DNA from: Octopus bimaculoides
Lineage: Eukaryota
Assembly (NCBI RefSeq): GCF_001194135.2
Contig: NC_068986.1
Location: 41,442,965 to 41,506,964, forward strand
Direction of reading: 5' to 3'
DNA: 64,000 bases
Shown here in pieces: positions 49,939 to 63,762 of the stretch. The notes under the pieces are model-generated. The model was not told the origin of the DNA and searched no databases. It saw nothing but the letters and a program-made list of their open reading frames with translations. Position 1 is the stretch's first letter, and every line of letters starts with the position of its first letter. Position numbers and translations under genes: made by a program.

Positions 49939-52900
49939 AGAGAGAGTGTGTGTGTGTGTGTGTCTAATTCACTGCATGGTCCCAGACAGAAGAGTTTGAA
50001 TAATGATCTATATGTAATCAAAAGTGTCAATTATAGGGAAGAAAATAGAAACATTCCCATCTGGATATACTTTTTTTGAAGTAAATGAAGCAGTTTGTTT
50101 CTAACAATCTATAGAATATTTTTATTCTGTAAGAAGGATAATTAAAATATATAAGAAAAAGAAGAAAAGAAAATTCAGTTTCTGCACAAGTANNNNNNNN
50201 NNNNNNNNNNNNNNNNNNNNNNNNNNNNNNNNNNNNNNNNNNNNNNNNNNNNNNNNNNNNNNNNNNNNNNNNNNNNNNNNNNNNNNNNNNNNNNNNNNNN
50301 NNNNNNNNNNNNNNNNNNNNNNNNNNNNNNNNNNNNNNNNNNNNNNNNNNNNNNNNNNNNNNNNNNNNNNNNNNNNNNNNNNNNNNNNNNNNNNNNNNNN
50401 NNNNNNNNNNNNNNNNNNNNNNNNNNNNNNNNNNNNNNNNNNNNNNNNNNNNNNNNNNNNNNNNNNNNNNNNNNNNNNNNNNNNNNNNNNNNNNNNNNNN
50501 NNNNNNNNNNNNNNNNNNNNNNNNNNNNNNNNNNNNNNNNNNNNNNNNNNNNNNNNNNNNNNNNNNNNNNNNNNNNNNNNNNNNNNNNNNNNNNNNNNNN
50601 NNNNNNNNNNNNNNNNNNNNNNNNNNNNNNNNNNNNNNNNNNNNNNNNNNNNNNNNNNNNNNNNNNNNNNNNNNNNNNNNNNNNNNNNNNNNNNNNNNNN
50701 NNNNNNNNNNNNNNNNNNNNNNNNNNNNNNNNNNNNNNNNNNNNNNNNNNNNNNNNNNNNNNNNNNNNNNNNNNNNNNNNNNNNNNNNNNNNNNNNNNNN
50801 NNNNNNNNNNNNNNNNNNNNNNNNNNNNNNNNNNNNNNNNNNNNNNNNNNNNNNNNNNNNNNNNNNNNNNNNNNNNNNNNNNNNNNNNNNNNNNNNNNNN
50901 NNNNNNNNNNNNNNNNNNNNNNNNNNNNNNNNNNNNNNNNNNNNNNNNNNNNNNNNNNNNNNNNNNNNNNNNNNNNNNNNNNNNNNNNNAAGGGGGTCTA
51001 ACTTCAGGGTGTTATTACAGAAGAAACATCTGCAAACAGGTTATTAAACAGAATGAAACTGTTAAATTATAGCAATTATTTATTATTTATATTAGTGCTT
51101 AAAAAGCAGCAACAATGTTAGAAAAACAAAATGTTCTTTGAGAAAGAGAGATTTGTAACTATATCAATTTCATGTTTTGCAAGTATTACTAGAGAAAACA
51201 ATCTGATAGATGGTATCAGCGAGAAATTCTTTAATGAAAAGAAACTAATGTTTCAAAATATTGCCAAGAAGAAACCCTGATTTAACCCTTTGTCATCTGA
51301 CAATAGAAATTTACAGAAAACTGTTTCAATAAAAGCTTTCAAATTTACTGCAATATGTTTGGAATGGAGGGGGGAGGGGTTGTAAAAAGTTTTTTATGAA
51401 TCTATTTTATTCCACAGAATGCTATTTCAGCAAAGCAAATTTATAAACAATATCCTCAATGCGCGGTAATGTGGTATTTCTTGAAATGACCTATTTCTGA
51501 TAGAAAGATGAAAATAAAAAATGATAATAATATTTAAACGAAATCAGAATTTTAACTTTAATGATGCAAGAAACCCCCATCTGAAAATAAATAAAACAGA
51601 AAAACCCAAAGATTTTGAAGTTTTGTAACCCTAGACAAATCTAAGATTTAATCATATCTAAATATACATAATTGAAATGGTGTTTTAGTATATCTATCCC
51701 ATTAAGACATTTTGTTTTTCTGTGATTAAAATAATATCAATGAGGTAACTAAACTAATATTTGTTAAGAGAAAAACAAAAAAGAAAAAAAGACTTTACAA
51801 TTATCCTAAAATCAGAATGTTAGAATTAATGTGTGTGTGAGAAGGAGAGAGAGAGAGAGAGAGATAGAAGGGGGGAGGAAGAGAAAATACGTATGTGTGT
51901 GTATAGTGCGAGTGTGTCTGCATGTATGAAATGAAAGAATTTAACAGAAAAAATAAAAATTAAAAAAAAACCCAAAATAACATGGATTCACTGGTAGAAC
52001 TAAGATCATAAGGATCGGTTTAAAGACATCAAAGAAACAAGGTAACAAAGTCCAGAAGACTAACCTCCATTTCATTCATGTTCAAGCTGAGTCTACTATA
52101 CAAGTAGCCAGATCTAGAGGTCTGGGTAAAAAAGTATTTAAAATTTGTCTTTGTCAAAAGAATTTCAGATTTACCTCTTAACTGATGAAAACACCTGAAA
52201 TCCAAGTGCTGCCTTGAAAAAGCAAGAATTTCCACTAAATTGTTGGTTATATATTAAAATACACTTCTAATCCAACCACTGCCTATAGTCGAAGTATTAT
52301 TCTTTGAAATGAAATATTATGGAAGGTCAGTGTGCAGGAATTAGTCCTAATGAAATCAAAACAAACTTTTTAACATACACACATCAAGATTCATTCATGT
52401 TAACATGCTCACAAGAAGGGTTAAGTTTATACAATCTCAGGTAATGAGTGTGTGTGTGTGTGTGTGTGTTGTACTGTGGTGAGTGTAATATGGTGTGGTG
52501 TGTATGTTTATTTTTTAAAATTATATAAGGAGTGGAGAAGGAATTAAGTGCTGGCTTCTACTTGACTTCTAATACAGTGGCAGCCAAGTAGAAAGATATT
52601 TCAGGGAGAAAGTGTTACAGGGTGGAAATGAGACAAAAGTAGGGAAAAAAAAAAACAAAGAATTGAAAGAAAAGAATAAGAAAAAGGAAAGCAAAAGAGG
52701 ATAAGAGAGAGAATGAATAAGAAAACAAAGAGAAAGGTAAAATATAGGGTAAAAGGAAAAATAGGATAGAATAAGAAAAGAAATAAGAAGAAAAGAAGAC
52801 TAAGAAATGATTATAAATCTCCACCCATGTTAAAAACCTGTAGCTACCCCTTTGAAATGATTAAAGTCCACAAGATGAAAGATTAGAATGTGGCAGGTAT

Positions 52901-53104
52901 AGCATACAATGTGAGTATCTAGCAATCATTCAAGGCATTGAGTTATTGATTTTAAAGGGAAAGAGGATGGATTTGGACAAAATGGATGCTGCAGCTGAAA
53001 GATCAGCAGTGAATCAAAAATGTAACGTTTGGACCAGAAAAGCCGACGTAAGCTAGATTCATTCCCTCAAAATCAGCAACCTTTCATAGAACAGTATCAT
53101 CATT

Positions 53105-53233
53105 TTAGTACCAAGTGTAGCCAGCTCCAGATCCACCAGTCAGGAAATCGTTCTTTCGTTGTGTGAGGATAACATTTTGCCCCTGCATGGCGGCCATTTG
53201 CGTTGCATTCGGAGCATAACCAGGTGGAGGGGG
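53105..53233 (-). CDS. DAZAP2: DAZAP2-like protein, last coding exon (PPPPGYAPNATQMAAMQGQNVILTQRKNDFLTGGSGAGYTWY*)
   Basis: ctctgccatttcAG acceptor, 129 nt ending in TAA. Aligns with the DAZAP2 C-terminus PPPPGCPPNAAQLAVMQGANVLVTQRKGNFFMGGSDGGYTIW. Candidate AATAAA on the minus strand at 52512-52507. Confidence 0.95.
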   Translation of the reverse strand, partial: PPPPGYAPNATQMAAMQGQNVILTQRKNDFLTGGSGAGYTWY

Positions 53234-54777
53234 CTGAAATGGCAGAGAAAAACAAAAAGAAATTAGCTTATTATAAAAGACAAAAAGATGGTGAAGTATA
53301 TTTAGTGTTTCTTAGAGGATTTTTTTTTTTTTTTAAATTATAAGTATGATAAAAAAGACATTTTTGATATATATAGGAAATAAAAGACTGATCTTTTTAA
53401 AGATTAGTTCTTTCAGGCACTGAAGAACAATGAGTGCATTGGTCCTCACAAACAAACATTTCAAAAATTATCTTGGGTTTGCATTCTCTGAAGTTGATAA
53501 ATAATTCATTAAAATGTTAGACACTGAAACAGTTGACTATAACTCGTATTTAAGTTTTGGCAAATTAAAAGGTGAGGATCTTGTTTTATTTCCCAACAGA
53601 AGTTATTCTATATAAATCTTATGCAATTAGGAAATGAATAGCACAATCTCACCTGCCAATTTGAGACATAGAACTACTACTTTTGTTATAACCGAACACT
53701 ACTTTCAATTTAATGGTTCACATTTCTACATTAAAATCCCAGAGCAAATAAAATAGGTACCAGTAAAAGAATAAGGATGACAACTCCCTATTCTTTTCCC
53801 CACAAAAATTGGTTTTGCATAAAGAATTTAAAAAAAAAATTAAATAATATTCTTGAAGAGAATAAAAAATATGCGGTTAAATTTACAAACAAAATATGGC
53901 TCATTATTATTATATAAAATTAGCACTTTAATGAAAATCTTGATTGGCTTGTACCACATTCTTGGAAAAACACCAGTTAACTCCCCTTTGGCCCTTCCTT
54001 TATTAATAGTTACACCTGGTAGAATATAAGCAGAATTTTTACAGTTAAATTTGGAGATGATATTGCAAACTCTAGGCAAAAGATTTTAATAAAGTATTCT
54101 GTCTTTTGAATAACTAAAGAAAGAATTGATAAAAATGGTGACATTCAAGGTAACATTAGACAAGTGATTGATTAACAGTTCTAGGCAAATTATTGTAATG
54201 AATCAAATAATATAAAAGCATAGCTAGGACCCTGGCAAATATTACCAACAAAATATCAAAACATACACATTTCATAACATTTAATGAATTGGTTAAATAA
54301 TGGCTTGTAAGCTTATTAAATTTGTATTCCAAACAAAATAGCTATGATATTGAGATACACATACAACTGGCAACCTGAATATATTCTAAATCCAGTCTAT
54401 TCTGGAATAATGCTGAACACTCCTGCACTGGTTGGTCATGTGACATGCAGAGTAGTAGTCTGTGTATTTGTGCGTAATTGAATGGCTGCACCTGCAGCAG
54501 AACATGTGGAACAACTAGGCGTATGACTCTTGATTGTTTAGATTTCAAAGAAGGTGGCTGATAATCCCGCACAGAATTTGAATCAAAAGTCAATAATTGA
54601 TACAGCAGCTTTTCTGGTATGAAGGGGCTCTAAGATGTAGTTTTGTTTTCCTTGATTATGTGGGATAGCAGTTTTCAAAAATGGTGCTGATAGCATTAGA
54701 TGGTTTTAGATATATATATATTCAATTATTCAATTTAGTAACCAAGTCTTATCTACAAATTTGAAAAATGTGACAAA

Positions 54778-54817
<40 letters not shown>

Positions 54818-56046
54818 GCTGGGATGAGCATAACATTAAAAGTTGTGTTGTTTTGTCATTACATACTATAGTGAGCCAGCCTATTTGTTTTGTTATCTGG
54901 TTTTGTACCAGACTGTTCTAAGTTCACTTTACACCAATGTAGGTTGGTTTCGCTTTTGTCCCTCTGGGCTTGATAAAATAAAATATCAGTAATATAATGA
55001 AGTTCAATTTGAATGTACAACTCTGACAAATTTTGTCTTAGAACAAGACACTATTTGTCAAATAAGACATGATTATTGAATTTCAGAACTTCCACTGGAA
55101 AGTAACATGCAAATTCTACAATGGTTATTTAAAGAACAAACAATAAACAGAACAAAGAAAACACAAAAAAGTGAGCTAAAATGATAAAGCACTGAGAGCA
55201 CTTCTGAATTAGTTATCAGAACTTCTCTCTGACCAGAGATATGATTACATGCAAAGAATAAAATGAAAACGGCATTTGGCATAAAGGAATATAAAGAAAA
55301 TATAAAATATACTGAACTCTGCTGAAAACAGAGATTCAGAAGTTACTTAGTTGCAGATAAACTATACAGGTTTACTCAAAGCTAATTTTCTCAAAAGTAT
55401 GGCATTTTTCTCGCACGGGCATCATGTTACATTGAATTATTTGTGTATTGATGTATATGTATGGGTACATAAATAGGTTTAAATATACAATATACCTATT
55501 TATTTACACACACACACACACACACACATACACGTGTATATGTACCTATAAAATATGTAGGTACATGTACCTATATAATTTACATGTGTCAAGTCAAAAT
55601 TTCATTAAATACTGAGTTTATAGCTGTAAAGCTGAGTTCAACCCCAAACACACTGTTCATTGCTGCACATCATAACTGGACACGCAAGTGATCAAGATGA
55701 TGTGGTTATATTACACCTTTTGCCAGCGTGAAAGAGAGAAAGATTGACCAAAACTTTGAAATAATCCCTTGATTTGAGAAAAATGTGTAAAAGAAAAAAA
55801 AAGAAAAGAAATTAAATGTAGCTTAAGCAAAACACAACATGAAATATAAAAATTACATGAAATAATTCACTTATTTATTCCTTGATGCCAAATGTGAAAA
55901 GGATGCAAGCATGCAGGAAAAAAAAATAACCCCAAAAAACCAAAAAAAAAAAACCAAAAAAAAAAAAACCCAAAAAAAACATAGCAACAGGTAATGGCAG
56001 AATCCAAATTTTATATATTAACAAAATTGTTCAACAAGCAACTTAC

Positions 56047-56142
56047 AGGTATCATTTGGCCAGAAATTCCATCAAAACGGGCTCCAGCATCATATGCACC
56101 ATGTACGAGCATTGTCTGCTGGGGGATCGTTGATGCTGGAGA
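56047..56142 (-). CDS. DAZAP2: DAZAP2-like protein, penultimate coding exon (SPASTIPQQTMLVHGAYDAGARFDGISGQMIP)
   Basis: tttcAG acceptor, GTAAGT donor, 96 nt, phase 0/0. GAYDAGARF matches the DAZAP2 GGYDAGARF motif. Confidence 0.92.
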
Positions 56143-57884
56143 CTGAAATTTCAACAATATATTAAAACAGGGTCAACAGTTAGCCTTCTAATTAGTCTTA
56201 AGCCAGTTTTCTTTTCTTTTTTTTACTATTCGTAACCATTTTCCATTGAAGCAGAAGTGACATAGCTTTTGCAAGTTTGGACATTTCAATACTGAGTACC
56301 ACCCTACCCTACCATGAAAGAAAAATGGAAACTGGTCCCATCATAGTCTGCTTCAGAGATTGCTAGATAGACTATCATGTTTAAAAGATATAATATAATA
56401 GGTGTAGGCAGAGTAAAGTTTGCTTCACTGTCACTGTGCTTATTTGAAATATAAGTTTATAAAATTAAGAAACATTTTTTAAACTAGAGAAAAAAAAGTT
56501 TTTTTTTTTTAAATGAGTGGGGAGAGGGAATATAGAAATTAAATTTTAAGGTAATCAAATGCAGTTTTAACATGGTATTTGTTATAATATAGAATGCTAA
56601 TTATATATAAATTTTAATTACTAGTAAAATAATAAAAAAAATGAACATGAATACAATTAAAATCAATGTACATTTAGATGGAAAAAAAAATTGAGAAAGA
56701 AAACGATGAACAAAGAATATAAATCAAATCTATACTTTTTTTTAGTGAGGAGGAGGTCAGGTTCTACTATAATATTTGCAGTCATTTCTCATTCTTTAAG
56801 ATAAGGTTAAATTTGGAGACAAGAAGTGACATGCAATCAGAAACATTCTAAAAGTATATCTATACAAATATATAGCATATTATATAACTGTGTTAATTGA
56901 CTAGCAGATTTTAAAATTTTGTGTAGTGTGCGCATGTGTGTGTGTGTGTGTGTGTGTGAAAATATAACTTTGCAACTTAGATTTTTACGCGCACGCTGTC
57001 CTCCACACAATTCTTTATTGTCATCGCCAACAGATTCATTTTCCATGCTTGCATGCATTAAATGTTTTGTCAAGTCATATCTATTATTAAAAGCTAACCA
57101 ATCTAGCAACAAGAAACACTATGTAAACAGAGCAAGTGTAAAAAATTACAGCTAGATAAACAGCAATACCTATAAAGAAAAAAACTAAAAGAGAAACAAA
57201 ACAAAACAAACAAAAATAACTAATGGTTAGATAGAGAATTTGTTTTGTGAAAAGTGACAGTTGGGTAACAAGTATGAAGTTTGCTTAGTGCAGAAGATGT
57301 TATAGTGCTGATAGAGCAAGCAAAGAAATGCCAAAAGAATCACAAAGCTATTGTGATTGCATTTACCAATAAATGTAGAAAACATGCAAAATATTGCTGC
57401 AAAGCTGTGAACACTGTGCATCAGTAAATAATCATCAATAGCAATGAAATGTGGATAAAATTCAAAAGGATAACAAATAAGCTTTATAGTAGGTTAATTC
57501 TTGGATTTGTAGTGCAGATGTTAAAGCAAAGTATTAATGGAAAAGAACTATATTAAATAACTTTCTAAGCAATTGCATGAAGAAAGAGATTAAACAAAAC
57601 AAAGCAGTAAGAGTGAACACACATAAGCCCAAAAAACAACAAGAAACTATTTAGAAAAACATAATGAGCATTATGCTACTGCATAGAAAAGAAAATTAGC
57701 TGTTAAGCAAGGTGCAAAAAAATTTTCAATAAGGGATAACATTAAATAATAACTAAATGATTTTATAACAAGACAACTCAAATTTCATTTTTTTAAAAAA
57801 AATTTTATTTGCTACAAATTTCAAGATCACAAACTGATTGTAGCAATAAATAAAATTCTTTAAGTGTTGATTATTGGAACTTAC

Positions 57885-57970
57885 AGGTGAGTAGGAAGGA
57901 GGAAGTCCTTGAGCTAGAGCTTCCTGGCCAGGAATGCCATATCTGTAATAATAACCATATGATGGTACCA
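57885..57970 (-). CDS. DAZAP2: DAZAP2-like protein, internal coding exon (xVPSYGYYYRYGIPGQEALAQGLPPSYSP)
   Basis: Acceptor ttctactttcttttttacAG (57971 upward) and donor GTAAGT (57884-57879). 86 nt, ends in phase 0, in frame with the next exon. Pro/Tyr-rich with a PPSY motif. An alternative acceptor at 57943 is possible. Confidence 0.75.
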
Positions 57971-58924
57971 CTGTAAAAAAGAAAGTAGAATTAAATTATT
58001 TACAATATTTGTTTTTCATTAAGAGTTAGATTCTACAAGGTAAAAAAAAAGAAAAAGGATATATTGCTTCAACAACTTTCTGCAGTTCTGCATATATGTG
58101 AGCTTTCCAAAGTATGAAATATTTTTTCAAAATATCTAGTCAGAACAATGATACCAAAGTTACAGCTTTTCAGATTTGTTATTTTCTAAATGAAATTTTA
58201 CACTTGCATAATTCCATTTAAATATGCAATTCCATATTTATTGTTTACTTTCTCATTCAAAAAGTTTATATATGAATTTATGTGATCACATTTAAAACAT
58301 TTTCAATGTTTGCTTAGTCAAAGCTTTCAGGGTTCTCAATTGAATAATAATTTGTTGCACCTACACATTACCTCCCCTTTCTCTCACCTGCTTAAATCCA
58401 TTTACTCTCGATGGTTCAAATCTATAATTAGTTTCATCTTCATAAAAGGATTACCTTTCATATGAAGAATAGCTCTTCAAACGATCTTTTTTCATTTTTA
58501 ACTTTCTAGTTGTTGGTTTGTAATCAAACCAACAACTAGTTTGTTTCACTCCATCGGTATTTAGTACTAAGCATGACTTGCAGTTTCATAAAATAAAAAT
58601 TCATCTAATAAGAAGGAATGGTGTTGAACTAAATACAACTGATTATTAATTCAAATAATATAGTTTTCATTACATTTCAGCCTTATTCTAACTTTTAATA
58701 TGGTCTCCACAAACTGTAGAAACTCATTTTCTCAACTTTGGACTTGGTTCAAAGCAATCACTTTGTAGGGAACTGATCAGGAAATTGAATAATCCTCAGT
58801 GTATAACTTATGCTTATTTTACTGATCTTAGTGACATGAAAAGCAATGTTAGTCCCAGTGGAATTTAATGTAGAAAAATTGCTTCTAATATTTATTTTAC
58901 TAAAGTAATATTATAAAAGAGTAT

Positions 58925-59170
58925 AGGTGCAGGCGTGGCTGTGTGGCTAATAAGCTTGTTTCCTTCTCAACCAGGTAGTCTTGGGTTCAGTCTCACAGTA
59001 TGACACCTTGGGCATGTGTCTTCTACTAAAGGTCCAGACTGACCAAAGCCTTGTGAGTAGATTTTTGTGTACCTTTGTTTTAACACCAGTTGAGGATTGT
59101 AAAAAAGCATCACTGTCATATAAGCAATTTTGTTTGTTTCCACTTTTCCATGAGCAAGCATGGAAAAGTG
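58925..59170 (+). mobile_element. Family D SINE 5' half followed by a minus-strand RTE-tail fragment
   Basis: ggcgtggctgtgtgg head and caccttgggcatgtgtcttctac core. Confidence 0.7.
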
Positions 59171-60629
59171 GATGTTAAACAATAACATATTACTTTTGAT
59201 AAGAAATACAAAATGTACTTGTTAAGCTTTTAACTATTTAAATATACAATGGCCTGGCTCTTTCTTACAACACAAGCTATTTGTTCTAGATAACATTGAA
59301 GCTTACAATTTCACAAGAAACTTTTTAACCAACAAACTCATATATTAATAGACATAAAAAAAAAAAATGAAATAGAATTTTTGGCACTGGAAAAAAATTT
59401 GCAGAGCTTCAAGAAATAGAGTTCTATAGAAGAAAGTTTGTAAGAAATGTACATTCATAATTCTTAAATCATAAATGCAGTTGAACGTATTTTGTAAGAT
59501 ATACTGCTTAGAGCTAATTCTATCTTCAACTGAATTCTAAAACTATATGTTATAATGAATTATGCACAAGTTAAAAAATGTGTAGTTTTATGATGTATCA
59601 TTATGTTCTTTAACTGCACAATTTAATTAACTTATTCCGAATCTTTCCTAACAAATTCTTGCCTACCATAAACAAATTCATAATACTTCGTTAAACATTT
59701 TTATAGCATACTATTTGGATGAGCTTTTACCTTTCTTACAAAATATGCTTAATAATGCTAACGTCTATTTCGTTTACTAGACGCTTTATCAGATGTTATT
59801 TCCAGACACACACTCACTATGTGCTGAAGTTTTAATTTCTCTATACTACTATATAACTTCAAACAATTTGCAAAGGGGCCAAAAAGCATCATTAACCACA
59901 TTATATACTGTCAAGCCATTGAATTGTGTTTGCACTTTTGGATACAAGTTCTATTTTCATTCTATGGTTAAGCAGTTAGTAGTTAAGTAGCACATCCAGC
60001 TGTAGAAATTTGTTCCAACAATATGCAAACTCACTCAATCTTTGATAGAATGTAAAATCTGGTGTAAACAAGTAAACTGGTGAAAATATATGACAAATCC
60101 TGGAGCAGAATACAAATTGCTTCTTGTTATAAAATTTGCAGTCATACTTCACAATAATAATTTCATAAGCCTAATAAGATTTTATTAGGTGCTTTTCACT
60201 CTCCCTAATAATGCAATTTAAAAAAAAAATTGGACTAGAATCAATTATCAAACATGGACTTTAATGTACTATAGCTACTATGATACTTCAGATATTTATA
60301 GGAGATTGAAAAAAGTAATGTTCATGTCTTTCTGAGAGAAATCAATGAAATAACTAAAGTGGGTTTGATAGATTTCATAGTTATGGCAATGAAGATTGTT
60401 AAGACAAAATTTAAGTGTTTTACATTGTCTATTCACTGCATCAACAATGAAACAGCATGTATAAGTTTCATCATGAAAAAACTTATAAACAGTAATTTGT
60501 GTTTTTCCTATACAGGGAAACATACTCACTGTAACTAACTATCAATGATTTGGTGAAATACTACAATGCTGTGACTGTCCAGAAGAACAGAAGCATGCTT
60601 TAATAGAAAGCAAAAACTAAATCATGAAG

Positions 60630-60880
60630 ATGTGTGGTCTAATGATTAGGGTGCTACACTCAAGATTGTAAGATTATGGTTTTGATTCCTGGACTGGGCA
60701 GTATGTTATGTTCTTGAGCAAAACACTTTATTTCATGTTGCTCCAGTCCACTCAACTGTAAAGTAGTCCCAGCAACAGCTGGAAAGTTAACCCTGTGACA
60801 AATCGACACCTTGTTAAGTGGGTAAAATACTGTAATCTTAGTTACTTATAAGCCATGGAAACCAGGTTGAGCTCCTGCCT
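60630..60880 (+). mobile_element. tRNA-derived SINE, family E (related copy at about 42600-42780)
   Basis: gtgtggtctaatgattagggtgctacactc head, ggttttgattcc B box, gttcttgagcaaaacactt core. Confidence 0.6.
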
Positions 60881-61715
60881 TATAAGTTCTTTGGCTCATG
60901 ACAGACCCACTAAGGAAACTGAGCCCAAGGAGAACTGCAATAACAGATATACATAATTTCATAGGGTAACCAAGTAACCTATGTACCACATACTTCTGTT
61001 TCGCTATTCGACAAAGATATTCTAAAAGAGGTCTATCCATATGATAAATGAATTTGGTATTACATATGCATTTTTATAGCAACAAACCTTCTGTTGGTAA
61101 TTTGTTCTTTTGTTGAATATAACAATAATCAGTAATGTTTTCACCTAAATGCCTCAATAACTGAGAGCTACATATCTCAAAAGGTTGGATAAAATTATAC
61201 CAGTAATGAAATTGAATTGACAGATTTCTGCTATATAAGTTGGCTTTGTGCATGATAAAAAAAAAAAAAATTTAAAAGAGAGAGAAAAAGAAACCATTAT
61301 TTCATACAGATGTAATCATTGTTACAATATAAAGCATTGTATGATTATGTATGCAGACCCCTTCTATTCTTAATCTAAGATACTTATTTTATACATTAAC
61401 TAAATATTTAATGCTAAATAATTCTTCTTGCTTTCTTGGAGCTATTTAGAGTGAGTTGCAACACAAAAGCTCAGTTATATGCAAATACAATTGATTATCC
61501 TTTATCTGATATTCTGAAATCCAAAAACCTCAAAAATCTGAAAATCCTTTGAGATGCTTCAAGAGAAAGAAGCATCACAAAAAAAATCCCAGAATGTGTT
61601 AGAAAAAAATACAAAAAGTGGAATTTTTCGTGAAAAGCAAAAAACTCCTAAGTACATATATGGAACTGGACTAGCATCAAATTTATATAAAATAACTTTC
61701 ACAGTACAAGTTGTA

Positions 61716-63474
61716 CAAAGGTAGTAGCCAAAAAGTTCTCAGGCTAGTTCTGTAGTGTGCCAATAGACAGCAACATACAGTTGCTTGTGCAGTGAGAGCT
61801 AGCAGTGATCTTCATGATGCAGTGTGCTGAGTGACATCACTGTGTTTACTTTGCAAGTTGTGAAATTTGTTTTGTGATCACATGTATGGTGTAGTCTGTG
61901 ATTTTGTCATTGACAGGAAGTTGGGATAAAGAGCCAATATAAAATTTTGTGTTAAACTTGGGATGTCTACTAGAGACATTGAGCATATTTTGGCAAGCTT
62001 ATGAGTTGTTTGAGAGAGGACGTTTGGCAAAGGCAACCAGATCTGTGGAGCACAAAGAAATGGATTTTTTATGATGATAATGCACCTTGTAACTGAGCTT
62101 TCCTTACTTGTGAGTTTCTCACCAAAAACAACATGGTATCGCTTCTGCACCCACCACCCTATCTGCCATATTTAGCACCTGCAGACTTCCACTAGGTAAA
62201 AATGCAGCTCAAAGGTTGCCATTTTAACACTCTTGCTGAGATCCAGAGCAAATTACAGAAAGTCCTCAATGGAAGCAAGAGTTAATCTAGCAAAAACCAA
62301 AGTCATAGTAAGTAGGAAGGCAGACAAATTACAAATCCCTTCAGGTAGATGGCCCTGCTCAATCTGTAGGTAGAAACTCCATAAGATGCACCCAGTGTAA
62401 GTTTTGGACGCATAAAAGGTGCAACAACATTAGAGGAAGGTTAACAGTGAAACTTTTGTATGTAGAAGGTGCACAAGTACAATAAACGCAGAAAATGTTC
62501 AGAAAATAGACTCCAAGGTAGTAGATAGCTTCCGTTATCTAGGTGACCAAGTTAGTATCGGCGGTGGATGCTCCAAGAGCGTAGCTATGAGAATAAGATT
62601 CGGCTGGGTAAAGTTCAGAGAGCTCCTACCTTGCTGGCAACAAAGGACCTCTCTCTCAGAGTGAAAGGCAGATTGATGTCTGTGTGCAAATAGCTATGCT
62701 GCATGGCAGTGAACCATAGGCTATGACAGCTGAGGACAAAGCAAGTATGCTTTGCTAGATATGCAATGTCAGTGAGCATGTTCGACAAAGTGTAAGCATC
62801 TTGAGAGGAAAGTTAAGCATAAGAGGCATCAGATGTGGTGTGCAAGAGAGATGACTGCACTGGTATGGTCATGTGATGCATATGGATAAGGATAGCTGTG
62901 TAAAGAAGTGCTGATCTTTAACTGTAGAGGGAACCTGTGGTAGAGGTAGACCCAGGAAGACATGGGACGAGGTGGTGAAGCATGATCTTCAAACTTCGAG
63001 CCTCACAGAGGCAATGACTGGTGGCTGAGACCTTTGGCAATGTGCTGTACTTGAGAGGACCCGTCAAGCCAAGTGCACCTGTGTTGGTGGCATGTAAAGA
63101 ACATCTTTTGAACGTTGCACGTGATGGAGGCAATGACCAAGACCATTGGCATTATGTCATGCTTGAGAAGAAGACCCATCAAGCTGAGCAAAATCAGTCA
63201 TGGCAGATACCAGTATCACACAAATTGGTACCCGTGCCAGTGGCACGTAAAAGCACTCATTACACTCTAGGAGTGACTGGTGTTAGGAAGGGCATCCAGC
63301 TGTAGAAAACCATGCCAAATCAGACTGGAGTCTGGTGCAGCCTTCCAGCATACCAGTGCAGTCAAGCTGTCAAACCCATGCCAGCATGGACAACAGACAT
63401 GATGTTAAAACTTAGGTAAATAAGTTATTTTGCATTAAACTTAACTAGTCTGGGAACTTTTTGATATTACCTTG
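61716..63474 (+). mobile_element. Deleted mariner transposon split by an RTE insertion
   Basis: TA-flanked TIRs ...AAAAAGTTC(T/C)CAG(G/A)CTAGT; RANIKFCVKLG, FFYDDNAP, HPPPYLPYLAPADF. Confidence 0.85.
62269..63409 (+). mobile_element. 5'-truncated RTE LINE (end of RT, PHD-like finger, C-terminus, 3' UTR)
   Basis: VNLAKTKV, WPCSIC..NSIRCTQCKFWTHKRC, VVDSFRYLGD, GWVKFRELLP, HWYGHVMHM, GRGRPRKTWDEVV, 3' UTR with aggaagggcatccagc. Confidence 0.9.
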
Positions 63475-63762
63475 TATTATGAAATTCAGATGGATAACAT
63501 ATCTAAACTCGGATCTCATCTTCAAACTGTCCTATTTATAGAAGTAAAATATATAATCATACCAAAATCCAAAATAGTTCTAGTCAAAGCATTTCAGATA
63601 AAGGATTAATAACTATTAAAATCTCAATTGTAATATTTTGCATATCGATTTGTTTAAGCAGCTAGAAAACTGGGATAAAACATTTTCAATAGATTTTCTG
63701 AAAAAAGTAGAGTAACAGATATAAGTGAAATTTATATTTTATCTATCTTGAATTATTTCCCA

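Noticed and set aside
54342-54593. 83-aa ORF in the last DAZAP2 intron as an alternative exon
   Set aside because: No convincing splice sites or similarity.
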